Assembly: GCA_963740825.1 (NCBI GenBank)
Contig: CAVUFD010000002.1
Coordinates: forward strand, 968,944-1,032,943
Length of the DNA: 64,000 nt
Source: an uncultured Chloroflexia bacterium
GTDB taxonomy: Bacteria > Chloroflexota > Limnocylindria > Limnocylindrales > CSP1-4
Direction: 5' to 3'
Made by a program: the position numbers and the translations under genes. The notes under the pieces were generated by a model. The model was not told the DNA's origin and did no database searches. It was given only the letters and a program-made list of their open reading frames with translations. Of this stretch, positions 56,543 through 64,000 are shown one piece after another. Position 1 is the stretch's first letter; every line of letters starts with the position of its first letter.

Positions 56543-57439
56543 CTACTTGATCACCTTGCCTTCGGCGTCGACCACGTACCACTTGCCACCGAGGCCCTGG
56601 CCCTTGGTGTCGCCCGCGGCGGTGTCGCCGGCGAAGTAGTAGAGCGGCTGGCCATAGAAGGTGACCTGCTTGGCCTGGTTGTCGTCGCGCGTGATCGCGG
56701 CGAAGTCCTCGGCGTCGAGGCCGGTCCCGAGGGTGGGCGCGCCGTCGGAGGTGAGCGCCGGCCAGTTGGCCAGGCAGTCGCCCGTGCAGTTGGACTTGCC
56801 ACCGGAGTCAGCCGAGAACGCGTAGAGCGTCAGGCCCTTGTCGCCCCCGACGAGGATCTTGCCCAGCGGGTTGTCCGCGAGGTCGACCTGCACGCCGCCC
56901 GCCGCCGCCGACGGCTCGGCGCTGGCCGCCGGGGACGCTTCTGCGCCGATCATGTTGCCGTCGGCACCGACCACGAACCACTTGCCGCCGACGCCCTGGC
57001 CGTTCGTCTGGTTCGGCGCGGTGTCCTTGGCGAAGTAGTACACGGGGTGGCCGTAGAAGGCGATCTGCATGGTGCCGTCGTCGCGAGTGATCAGGGTGAA
57101 GTCTTCGGCGTCGAGGCCAGTGCCCAGGGTCGGCGCGGCGTCCGAGGTCAGCGGCGGCCAGTTGGTGGCGCAGTCGTCGTTGCAGACCGACTTGCCGGCG
57201 GCGGCTGCGTCTGGCGTGAAGACATACAGGGTCTTCCCGGTGCCGTCCGCGAGGACCTTGCCGAGCGTCGAGTCCGCGAGGTTGATGGTGACGCCGCCGG
57301 CGGCGGCCGACGGGCTCGCTGCGGCGGGTGTCGGCGCCTGTGCGCTCGGCGCGGCGGTGCCGCCGGTCGTCGAGGCTGAGCAGGCCGCGAGGACCATGCC
57401 CAGGGCAAAGAGCGGCGCGGCCGCTCGGATGGTTCGCAT
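56543..57439 (-). CDS. COG4315 lipoprotein with secreted Y-X4-D repeats (two modules)
   Basis: LAAC lipobox; TLYVFTPD...C...C...NWP, YYFAKD, GQGVGGKW, all duplicated. Confidence 0.9.
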   Translation of the reverse strand: MRTIRAAAPLFALGMVLAACSASTTGGTAAPSAQAPTPAAASPSAAAGGVTINLADSTLGKVLADGTGKTLYVFTPDAAAAGKSVCNDDCATNWPPLTSDAAPTLGTGLDAEDFTLITRDDGTMQIAFYGHPVYYFAKDTAPNQTNGQGVGGKWFVVGADGNMIGAEASPAASAEPSAAAGGVQVDLADNPLGKILVGGDKGLTLYAFSADSGGKSNCTGDCLANWPALTSDGAPTLGTGLDAEDFAAITRDDNQAKQVTFYGQPLYYFAGDTAAGDTKGQGLGGKWYVVDAEGKVIK

Positions 57440-57483
57440 CGTGAGGGTCTCCTGTCCGTATGTGGCTCGGTGACAGGGACCTC

Positions 57484-57509
57484 TACGCCGAGGGTCTTGC
57501 GCCGGTTTC
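57484..57509 (-). promoter_or_regulatory. ECF-type promoter candidate for the COG4315 gene
   Basis: GAAACC-N16-CGTA on minus strand. Confidence 0.5.
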
Positions 57510-57512
57510 GGC

Positions 57513-57977
57513 CTAGCCGGGCTTGACGGCCATCAGCCAGATCAGGATCAGCAGGCCGGAGCCGCCGATCAGCGCGAGCGCCTCCGGGCGCCGGTTGTCG
57601 AGCCGGGCGACGAGCTCCGCATCATCGAGCCGCGGGGTCTTCTCGGTGCCGTCGAGCCCGTCACGGAGCGTGTAGTAGAAGCCGGCGCCGACGATGTACA
57701 TGAGCAGGATCACGACGACGATGACGACGTACGAGGCGACGACCCAGGGCGCCGTCAGCCAGCCGACCGACGCGGCCGCCCCCAGGCCACCGATCCCGAG
57801 CAGGAGGAACCCGAGGTACATCAGCTGGTTCCCGCGCGACGACAGGCCGAGGAGCGCCGCGACCACGCCGCGGTCGGGCTCGCCGCGGATCCGGAACGAG
57901 ACCCACATCGAGACGCCATGCGCCACCAGGAACAGGGCAAAGCCGACCAGGTGCAGTGCCACCAGCCACGAGTACAT
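57513..57977 (-). CDS. DUF2269-like 4-TM membrane protein
   Basis: WLVALHLV, four TM, WLMAVKP end. Confidence 0.75.
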   Translation of the reverse strand: MYSWLVALHLVGFALFLVAHGVSMWVSFRIRGEPDRGVVAALLGLSSRGNQLMYLGFLLLGIGGLGAAASVGWLTAPWVVASYVVIVVVILLMYIVGAGFYYTLRDGLDGTEKTPRLDDAELVARLDNRRPEALALIGGSGLLILIWLMAVKPG

Positions 57978-58117
57978 CGGCGTCCTCCGGTGCAGGGCTC
58001 GACACGCCCAGTTTGGCGGGTGACGGAACCTCTCGCGCCTTCAAATGAACGCTCCTCGCGACGAGGTGACCAGTAGAGTTGGACGGCGCCCCCGCTCGGC
58101 GCACCAGAGGCCGAGCA

Positions 58118-58672
58118 GTGGATCGCGATCTCGTCGAGGCGGCCCAACGCGGCGACAGGGAGGCATTCGTCGACCTGGTTCGTCCGCGCGCCGACCACCT
58201 CTACGCGGTCGCACAGCGGATCCTCCGCGACGTCGATCGGGCCGAGGATGCTGCACAGGACGCGCTGGTGATCGCCTGGCGTGACCTGCGGGCACTCCGC
58301 GATCCGGACCAATTCGACGCGTGGCTGCAGAAGGTCCTGATCAACGTCTGCATCCGACACGCGGGCCGGGAACGGCGTCGCTTGGCGAACCTCCGAGCGC
58401 TGCCGATCGACGGACCGGTGGCGCCCGACCCGGACATCATCACGATCGCCGATCGGGATCAGCTCGAGCGTGGGTTCCGCCGGCTATCGGCCGATCAACG
58501 GGTCGTCCTCACCCTGCACCATTTCGCGGGCTATGCCCCGGGCGAGATCGCCGAGATCCTCGGTGTCCCGCCGGGGACGGTCCGCTCGCGACTTCACAAC
58601 GCCCATCGCGCCCTGCGGGCCGCCCTCGAGGCGGACGCGCGCGCCCAGGTCCTCGGAGGTCGTCCGGCATGA
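58118..58672 (+). CDS. ECF sigma factor (copy 3)
   Basis: GDREAF, AEDAAQDAL, WLQKVLINVC, GTVRSRLHNA. Confidence 0.95.
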   Translation: MDRDLVEAAQRGDREAFVDLVRPRADHLYAVAQRILRDVDRAEDAAQDALVIAWRDLRALRDPDQFDAWLQKVLINVCIRHAGRERRRLANLRALPIDGPVAPDPDIITIADRDQLERGFRRLSADQRVVLTLHHFAGYAPGEIAEILGVPPGTVRSRLHNAHRALRAALEADARAQVLGGRPA

Positions 58673-59541
58673 CTCGCGAGCGGGACATCGAGCGCCTCCT
58701 CGACGCCTGGTTCGCCGATGGCCCGGCGCAGCTCGCCGACCACGTCTTCGATGAGGCCGTCGGGCGCGTCCACCGCCAACGCCAGCGACCCGCGTGGCGC
58801 TTCCTGTGGAAGGAGCTCCATGTGACCACCCAGCTCAAGGTCGCGCTCGGCGCGGCCGCCGTCATCGTCGTCTTCGTCGCGGGCTTCGCCATGCTCGGGC
58901 CCGGTGGCCGGATCGGTGGGGTCGACCTCCCGACCGCGTCTCCAGCGCCATCGCCGTCGCGGACCCCATCGCCGCCGCCGCTGCCCGACGGGCGCCTGAA
59001 CGCCGGTGACTACGCCCTGCGTGCGCTGCCGGACGACCCCATGGCCTTCACCATCACGGCCCCCGGCGGCTGGACGGGCTACGGCGGGTTCTTCATCGGT
59101 GGCCCCAGCCTGTCGGATGCCCCGAGCGGGATCGGGATCTCCGTCAACCACGACCCGCAGGTGGTCACCGACCCGTGCGACTCATCCGTGCACACGCCTT
59201 CCCCTGCGTCGAGCGTGCCGTCCATCGACGACCTGGTCGCGGCGATCTCCGCCCGCGGGGACATCGAGGTCTCCGGGGTGACGGACGCCGAGCTCGCCGG
59301 CTACTCAGGCAAGCGCTTCGATGTGCAGTTCCCGGCGGAGCTGGCGTGCGCCAAACACTACCTGTTCGCGGAGCCGAAGGGCCTGTACGCGAACGGCCCG
59401 GCGAACCATTGGCGGGTCTGGCTGGTCGACGTCGACGGTGAGACAGCTGTCGTCGTGCTCCTCGATTACGCGGGAACGCCGACGGCGGACCGCGACTCGG
59501 CGCAGGCGGCGATCAATTCGATCCGGATCACGCGCCAGTAG
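58669..59541 (+). CDS. Membrane anti-sigma-like protein (copy 3)
   Basis: ATGA-coupled to sigma; DAWFADGP, TM, PT linker, extracytoplasmic domain. Confidence 0.75.
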   Translation: MTRERDIERLLDAWFADGPAQLADHVFDEAVGRVHRQRQRPAWRFLWKELHVTTQLKVALGAAAVIVVFVAGFAMLGPGGRIGGVDLPTASPAPSPSRTPSPPPLPDGRLNAGDYALRALPDDPMAFTITAPGGWTGYGGFFIGGPSLSDAPSGIGISVNHDPQVVTDPCDSSVHTPSPASSVPSIDDLVAAISARGDIEVSGVTDAELAGYSGKRFDVQFPAELACAKHYLFAEPKGLYANGPANHWRVWLVDVDGETAVVVLLDYAGTPTADRDSAQAAINSIRITRQ

Positions 59542-59694
59542 CGCGCCTGGCTGCCGAACGGGCGGGCCTCCGGTCCGCCCGTCCGGCGCCGCGTTCCGAG
59601 GGTCGGTTCCGACGCTCGCACTGCCGGTCGATGCGCACCCGACCGGTCCATGCCCACCCCGGGGTTCGCGGCGCGAGGATTCGCGTTTATCGGA

Positions 59695-59716
59695 TCGTTC
59701 CAGGTACGCGGAACGA
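59695..59716. repeat. Inverted copy of the TCGTTCC-N8-GGAACGA palindrome
   Basis: Reverse complement TCGTTCCGCGTACCTGGAACGA is 19/22 identical to the array unit. Confidence 0.75.
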
Positions 59717-59781
59717 GGTGCCGCAGCACGCCGGCAGCCGATACGTGGCGGTGCAACCTCGATCGTCAGGATGGCGTCGTC

Positions 59782-60099
59782 ATGGCCAGGCGGAACGGCA
59801 CCGGGATCGCGCTGCTCGCCGACGAGACCAGGCGACGAATCGTCGCGCTGCTCGCCGCGCAGCCGCGCCGGTCGTCGGCGATTGCGGCGGAGCTCGGGTT
59901 GAGCCGCCCAGCGACGAGCCGCCAGCTCCGGCTCCTCGAGGAAGCCGGACTGATCTGGGCGTTTCGGTCGCGCCTTGACGGTCGCGGCATCGTCTACCGC
60001 ATCAACCCGTCGGCGCACGGCCGGATCATCGCGTGGCTCGCCGGCACCGAGGTCGGGCTGCCGGGATCGGGTCAGTCCAGCCGAAGTCGTTCCGCTTGA
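59782..60099 (+). CDS. ArsR/SmtB-family HTH regulator
   Basis: LLADETRRRIVALL, SRPATSRQLRLLEEAGLI. Confidence 0.85.
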   Translation: MARRNGTGIALLADETRRRIVALLAAQPRRSSAIAAELGLSRPATSRQLRLLEEAGLIWAFRSRLDGRGIVYRINPSAHGRIIAWLAGTEVGLPGSGQSSRSRSA

Positions 60100-60290
60100 T
60101 TGCCAACGTCGTTCCGCGTGCTTGGAACGACCGCGATCCTGCACTTGCTCGCCCTGCGGACGCGCCGTCGCCCACGGGCACCCGTGGTCGTTCCGCGTGA
60201 TTGGAACGACCGCGATGCTGCACTTGCTGGCCCTGCGGACGCGCCGTCGCCCACCGGCACCCAAGGTCGTTCCGCGTGATTGGAACGACC
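60086..60290. repeat. 79-bp-period tandem repeat with a palindromic head (REP/operator-like)
   Basis: GTCGTTCCGCGTG(A/C)TTGGAACGACC at 60108, 60187, 60266; degenerate copy at 60086; units differ at 6 of 79 positions. Confidence 0.9.
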
Positions 60291-60363
60291 AGGAATCAGC
60301 GCAGGTGCGCGCTGCCGACCGACGGTCGAGGGCGAGCGACCTCCGCCAGGCGAGCGACCTCGG

Positions 60364-61560
60364 CTAGAGGTTCCCGCGCCGCGCCTGTTCCAGCTCGATC
60401 GCCTCGAACAGCGCCTTGAAGTTGCCCACGCCGAAGCCCCGCGAGCCGTGGCGCTCGATGATCTCGAAAAAGAACGTCGGGCGGTCCTGGATCGGCCGGG
60501 TGAAGATCTGGAGGAGGTAGCCCTCCTCGTCGCGGTCGGCCTCGATCCCCAGCTCCTCGAGCACGTCCATCGGGACCCCGACGTCGCCCACGCGGTCGCC
60601 CAGCGACTCGTAGTAGGCGTGGGGCATGCCCAGGAACTCGACGCCGTTGTCCCGCAGCCGGCGCACCGTGCCCACGATGTCCTCGGTCCGCAGCGCGACG
60701 TGCTGCACGCCGGGCGTGTGGTACCAGTCGAGGAACTCCTGGATCTGGCTCTTCTTCTTGCCCGTGGCGGGCTCGTTGATCGGGAACTTCACCCGGCCGT
60801 TGCCGTTGGTCATGACCTTCGACATGAGCGCGCTGTAGTCGGTGTGGATGACCTTGTCGTCGTAGTGGATGAGCTGGGCGAAGCCGAACACGTCGCGGTA
60901 GTAGTCCACGAACCGGTTCATGTCGCCGAGCCCGACGTTGCCGACGCAGTGGTCCACCTCGAGCAGGCTGAGGCCCGATGCGGCCCTGGCCGGCCTCTTG
61001 ACCTTGCGATAGCCCGGCGCGAAGGCGCCATGGTAGTCGCGACGGTCGACGAAGCTGTGGCGCACCTCGCCGTAGGTCCAGACCGCGCTTCGTCGCAGGA
61101 CCCCTTCCTCGCCGCCGTCGAGCTCGACCGGCTCCATCGCGGACCGGGCGCCGCGGGAGGTGGTCTCGCGCCACGACGCCGCCGAGTCCTTGACCGCGAA
61201 CGCGATGTCCCGGACGCCGTCGCCGTGGGCGCGCACGTGCTCGGCGATCTCGCCGTCGGGCGTGAGCGGCGCCGTCAGCACGATCCGGATGTCGTGATGC
61301 TGCATGACGTAGCTGGCCCGGTCGCGGACGCCGGTCTCGAGCCCCGAGAAGGCGACCGGCGTGAAGCCCCAGAGCGCGCGGAAGTAGGCGGACGCCTGGC
61401 GGGCGTTGCCCACCCAGAACTCGACGTGGTCGATGCCGTCGAGCGGCAGGAAGTCCTTGGCCTCCGCGAACGCGTCGGCGTTGAGATGAGCTCCCGACTG
61501 GTTGGCGACGGGCGTGCCGACCGGGCCGGCCTGGCCCGGGCGCGAGGCTGTATCGGTCAT
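60364..61560 (-). CDS. hppD: 4-hydroxyphenylpyruvate dioxygenase
   Basis: IDHVEFWVGNA, HGDGVRDIAF, DHCVGN, QHVAL, LLQIFT, FFEIIER, GFGVGNFKALF. Confidence 0.97.
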   Translation of the reverse strand: MTDTASRPGQAGPVGTPVANQSGAHLNADAFAEAKDFLPLDGIDHVEFWVGNARQASAYFRALWGFTPVAFSGLETGVRDRASYVMQHHDIRIVLTAPLTPDGEIAEHVRAHGDGVRDIAFAVKDSAASWRETTSRGARSAMEPVELDGGEEGVLRRSAVWTYGEVRHSFVDRRDYHGAFAPGYRKVKRPARAASGLSLLEVDHCVGNVGLGDMNRFVDYYRDVFGFAQLIHYDDKVIHTDYSALMSKVMTNGNGRVKFPINEPATGKKKSQIQEFLDWYHTPGVQHVALRTEDIVGTVRRLRDNGVEFLGMPHAYYESLGDRVGDVGVPMDVLEELGIEADRDEEGYLLQIFTRPIQDRPTFFFEIIERHGSRGFGVGNFKALFEAIELEQARRGNL

Positions 61561-61722
61561 GGGGGCGCTCCGTGTCTTCCGTAGGCTGCCGGCGGCGCCT
61601 GCGCGCAGCGGGATGGTCAGTGGCCCCCAACGATGCCCCTGCCCGTTTGGCGGGTCAAGCGCCGCTGAGGGTCGACGGTCGTCGTCACGATCCCGAAAGG
61701 ATGTCGACGGCAGGATCGATCC

Positions 61723-62025
61723 ATGAGCTCCAACGACAACGGGCGCGCCGAGGCTCGAACCCGAGCCAACCGCCGGCTGCGCAGGATGACGATCGGGACG
61801 ACGATGCTCGGCCTGGCGGCGACGGGCACCCTCGGCTGGCTGGCCGGCGTCACCGACAACGGGACGACGGCGATCGGGGCCGAGACGGCGATCGTGACGG
61901 ACTCCACGTTCGCGTCGACCGGATCCATCTCCTCGACGACCACGACGTCGACGACGCGCGCCGCGACCGCCCCGACGGTGACCACGACCACCGGCAGTGG
62001 CCATGCATCGAGCGGCGGCTCGTGA
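61723..62025 (+). CDS. Small Thr/Ser-rich exported protein with RR-containing signal-like N-terminus
   Basis: RANRRLRR + hydrophobic segment; ends TTTTGSGHASSGGS. Confidence 0.75.
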   Translation: MSSNDNGRAEARTRANRRLRRMTIGTTMLGLAATGTLGWLAGVTDNGTTAIGAETAIVTDSTFASTGSISSTTTTSTTRAATAPTVTTTTGSGHASSGGS

Positions 62026-62026
62026 C

Positions 62027-62980
62027 GTGATCGACCAGGTCGAATGGCGAGCGCTCGGGACGGGGGTCCGCGTGGTCGTGCTCAACGGGGACCTGCCGGC
62101 GGCTCGTGCCGCGGTGGACGGCGTGCTCGCGGACGCCGACCTGGCGTACAGCCGGTTCCGGGCCGACTCCGAGCTCACGGGCGTCAACGCGCAGGCGGGC
62201 CGGACGGTCGTTGTCAGCGCCACCCTCGCTCGGGCGATCGATGGCGCCCTCGATGCGGCGCGCCGCACCGGCGGGGCGGTCGACCCCACCGTCGGCCGCG
62301 CCATGCGCCTCATCGGCTATGACCGTGACTTCGACCTGATCGCGGGCTCAAGGCGCCCCCTTGAGCTCCACATGGAGCCCGTACCGGGCTGGTCGGTGGT
62401 CTCGTTCGACGCTCGGCGCCGCTCGCTCCGCGTGCCTCGGGGCGTCGAGCTCGATCTCGGGTCCACCGGCAAGGGGCTCGCCGCCGACCGTGCGGCAGGG
62501 TCCGCCTTGACGGCTGCCGGCCCGGGAGCCGGCGTCCTCGTCAGCCTGGGCGGGGATATCTCGACCGCGGGCCTGGCTCCCGATGGTGGCTGGCGGATCC
62601 TCATCGTCGAGGACAGTCGGACGCCCCCCGATGGCGACGGCGAGCTGATCGCGATCCACCAGGGAGCCGTCGCGACGTCGAGCACCACGGTGCGACGCTG
62701 GCAGTCGCTCGACGGGGTCAGCGTCCACCACATCGTCGACCCGCGCACGGGTACCCCGGCTTCGACGCATTGGCGCACCGCCTCGGTCGTGGCCGCCAGT
62801 GCGGAGCTGGCCAACGCGGCGTCGACCGCCGCGATCGTCATGGGCGATGCCGCGCCGGACTGGCTGCGTGACAACGGCGTGGCGGCCCGTCTCGTGGCGA
62901 ACGACGGCGGCGTGACCCGCCTCGGCGGATGGCCGGCGCCCGACGGGATGGTCGCGGGCTCCGCTCCGTCATCGGACTGA
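62027..62980 (+). CDS. apbE: FAD:protein FMN transferase, no signal peptide visible
   Basis: SRFRADSEL, DLGSTGKG, SLGGD, ATSS, HHIVDPRTG. Confidence 0.92.
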   Translation: MIDQVEWRALGTGVRVVVLNGDLPAARAAVDGVLADADLAYSRFRADSELTGVNAQAGRTVVVSATLARAIDGALDAARRTGGAVDPTVGRAMRLIGYDRDFDLIAGSRRPLELHMEPVPGWSVVSFDARRRSLRVPRGVELDLGSTGKGLAADRAAGSALTAAGPGAGVLVSLGGDISTAGLAPDGGWRILIVEDSRTPPDGDGELIAIHQGAVATSSTTVRRWQSLDGVSVHHIVDPRTGTPASTHWRTASVVAASAELANAASTAAIVMGDAAPDWLRDNGVAARLVANDGGVTRLGGWPAPDGMVAGSAPSSD

Positions 62981-63019
62981 AAGGTCCCGGACGCGACACT
63001 CGGCGCGAAACCGTTACCA

Positions 63020-63056
63020 GGGCGCGGGGTCACGTTCCTCCTTCGACCCCGCGCCC
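63020..63056. other. Intra-operon stem-loop with pyrimidine loop
   Basis: GGGCGCGGGGTC-acgttcctccttc-GACCCCGCGCCC, 12-bp stem. Confidence 0.7.
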
Positions 63057-63073
63057 GTCCTCCGGAGACGCCT

Positions 63074-63676
63074 TTGATGTTCGACCAGGTCCTGTGGTTC
63101 GCCACCCGAGGCGCGGGCGCGGTGTCGCTGATGATGTTCACCGCGGCGACCTGTCTCGGGCTCGTGACGGTGACCCGGTTCCAGGCGGCGGGCTGGCCCC
63201 GCTTCTTCAACTACGAGATGCACCGGCGGGTATCCCTGCTGTCGATCGTGTTCCTCGCGGTCCACGTCCTGGCTGCTGTCTTCGACCCGTTCACATCCCT
63301 GGGGCTCGGCGCGGCCCTGGTGCCCCTCGCATCGACGTACCGGCCCCTCCCGGTCGCCCTCGGCGTCATCGCCCTCTACCTGTTCGTCGCGCTGATCGCG
63401 ACGAGCCTCCTGCGCAAGCACATCGGCCAGCGGACCTGGCGCCTCGTCCACTGGTCGTCGTACGCGATGTGGCCGCTGGCCGTGCTCCACGGGCTGACCG
63501 CGGGCACCGACGGCTGGTCGACGTGGATGCTTGGCATCGACGTCCTGTGCGTCTCGGCGGTCGCGGCCTGCCTCGCCTGGCGGGTGATGGCCGGCAATCC
63601 AAATCGGAGCCAGCTCGCCGGCATCGTCGCGACGTCGTCGTTGGATGCCCGGGCGCCACGACGGAAGGCCCGATGA
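63074..63676 (+). CDS. Ferric-reductase-like (MsrQ-like) di-heme b membrane protein
   Basis: WFATRGAG, MHRR, VHVL, WRLVHW, LHGLTAGTD. Confidence 0.88.
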   Translation: MMFDQVLWFATRGAGAVSLMMFTAATCLGLVTVTRFQAAGWPRFFNYEMHRRVSLLSIVFLAVHVLAAVFDPFTSLGLGAALVPLASTYRPLPVALGVIALYLFVALIATSLLRKHIGQRTWRLVHWSSYAMWPLAVLHGLTAGTDGWSTWMLGIDVLCVSAVAACLAWRVMAGNPNRSQLAGIVATSSLDARAPRRKAR

Positions 63677-64000
63677 CCGTGCGCCTCCTCGCCGGCCCGG
63701 CCCTCACGGCCGGTCCCGAGTCGCTCGCCGGGCACCGAGACCGCCTCGGGCTCATCCCCCAGCAAACCGCGATCTCGGCAACCACGGCCATGCTCGAGGC
63801 GTCCGGCCTGCTGGGCCGCGGCGGAGCCGCCTTCCCCGTCGCCCGCAAGTGGGCCGCGGTCGCCGAGCGTCGGTACGGCGACGCGATCGTCCTGGCCAAC
63901 GGCGCCGAGGGCGAGCCCCTGTCGGTGAAGGACCGGGTTCTGATGGCGACCCGACCGCATCTGGTGCTCGATGGCGCGGAGCTGGCGGCCGACGCCGTGG
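63673..64000 (+). CDS. NuoF-like (Complex I 51-kDa) flavoprotein, partial
   Basis: SGLLGRGGAAFP, NGAEGEP..VKD, PHLVLDG; ATGA overlap; runs off window. Confidence 0.9.
   Translation, partial: MTVRLLAGPALTAGPESLAGHRDRLGLIPQQTAISATTAMLEASGLLGRGGAAFPVARKWAAVAERRYGDAIVLANGAEGEPLSVKDRVLMATRPHLVLDGAELAADAV

Noticed and set aside
60086-60290. CRISPR array
   Set aside because: Linkers between palindromes are near-identical rather than unique, 54 bp long, and no cas genes are present

Overview
High-GC bacterial chromosome segment, gene-dense (about 75 CDSs and pseudogenes). Gene content and style suggest Chloroflexota, possibly class Limnocylindria (inference, not verified). No rRNA, tRNA, CRISPR array, integrase or transposase was recognisable. 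Many long ORFs in the six-frame track are GC-rich shadow frames, so most starts were re-called from SD, TANNNT and stop/start-overlap signals. Main blocks: (1) DEAD-box helicase, YbaK, ABC transporter, a secreted caspase/CHAT-fold-like protein and an HTH-MFS pair; (2) a DUF2089/DUF4097/SHOCT-like/MFS operon; (3) two ApbE + di-heme ferric-reductase-like loci, each preceded by short membrane-anchored Ser/Thr-tailed proteins, one with a two-component system, ferredoxin and FNR, the other with a NuoF-like gene; (4) HipA-like kinase + DUF3037; (5) a WYL regulator with two matching 19-bp sites and a small candidate target; (6) DeaD, PAC2, a GcvT-like + CrtI-like pair; (7) an enamidase/Mo-hydroxylase operon (nicotinate-type) with an LLM oxidoreductase and no recognisable Hnr; (8) three paralogous ECF sigma/anti-sigma pairs, one doubly frameshifted, mixed with hppD, fahA and hmgA; (9) an ArsR gene bracketed by a palindromic repeat. 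Best leads: a conserved internal SD + in-frame start in all three anti-sigma genes, the signal-less ApbE loci with tiny candidate substrates, the WYL promoter motif, the LLM-containing enamidase operon and the ArsR repeat array.
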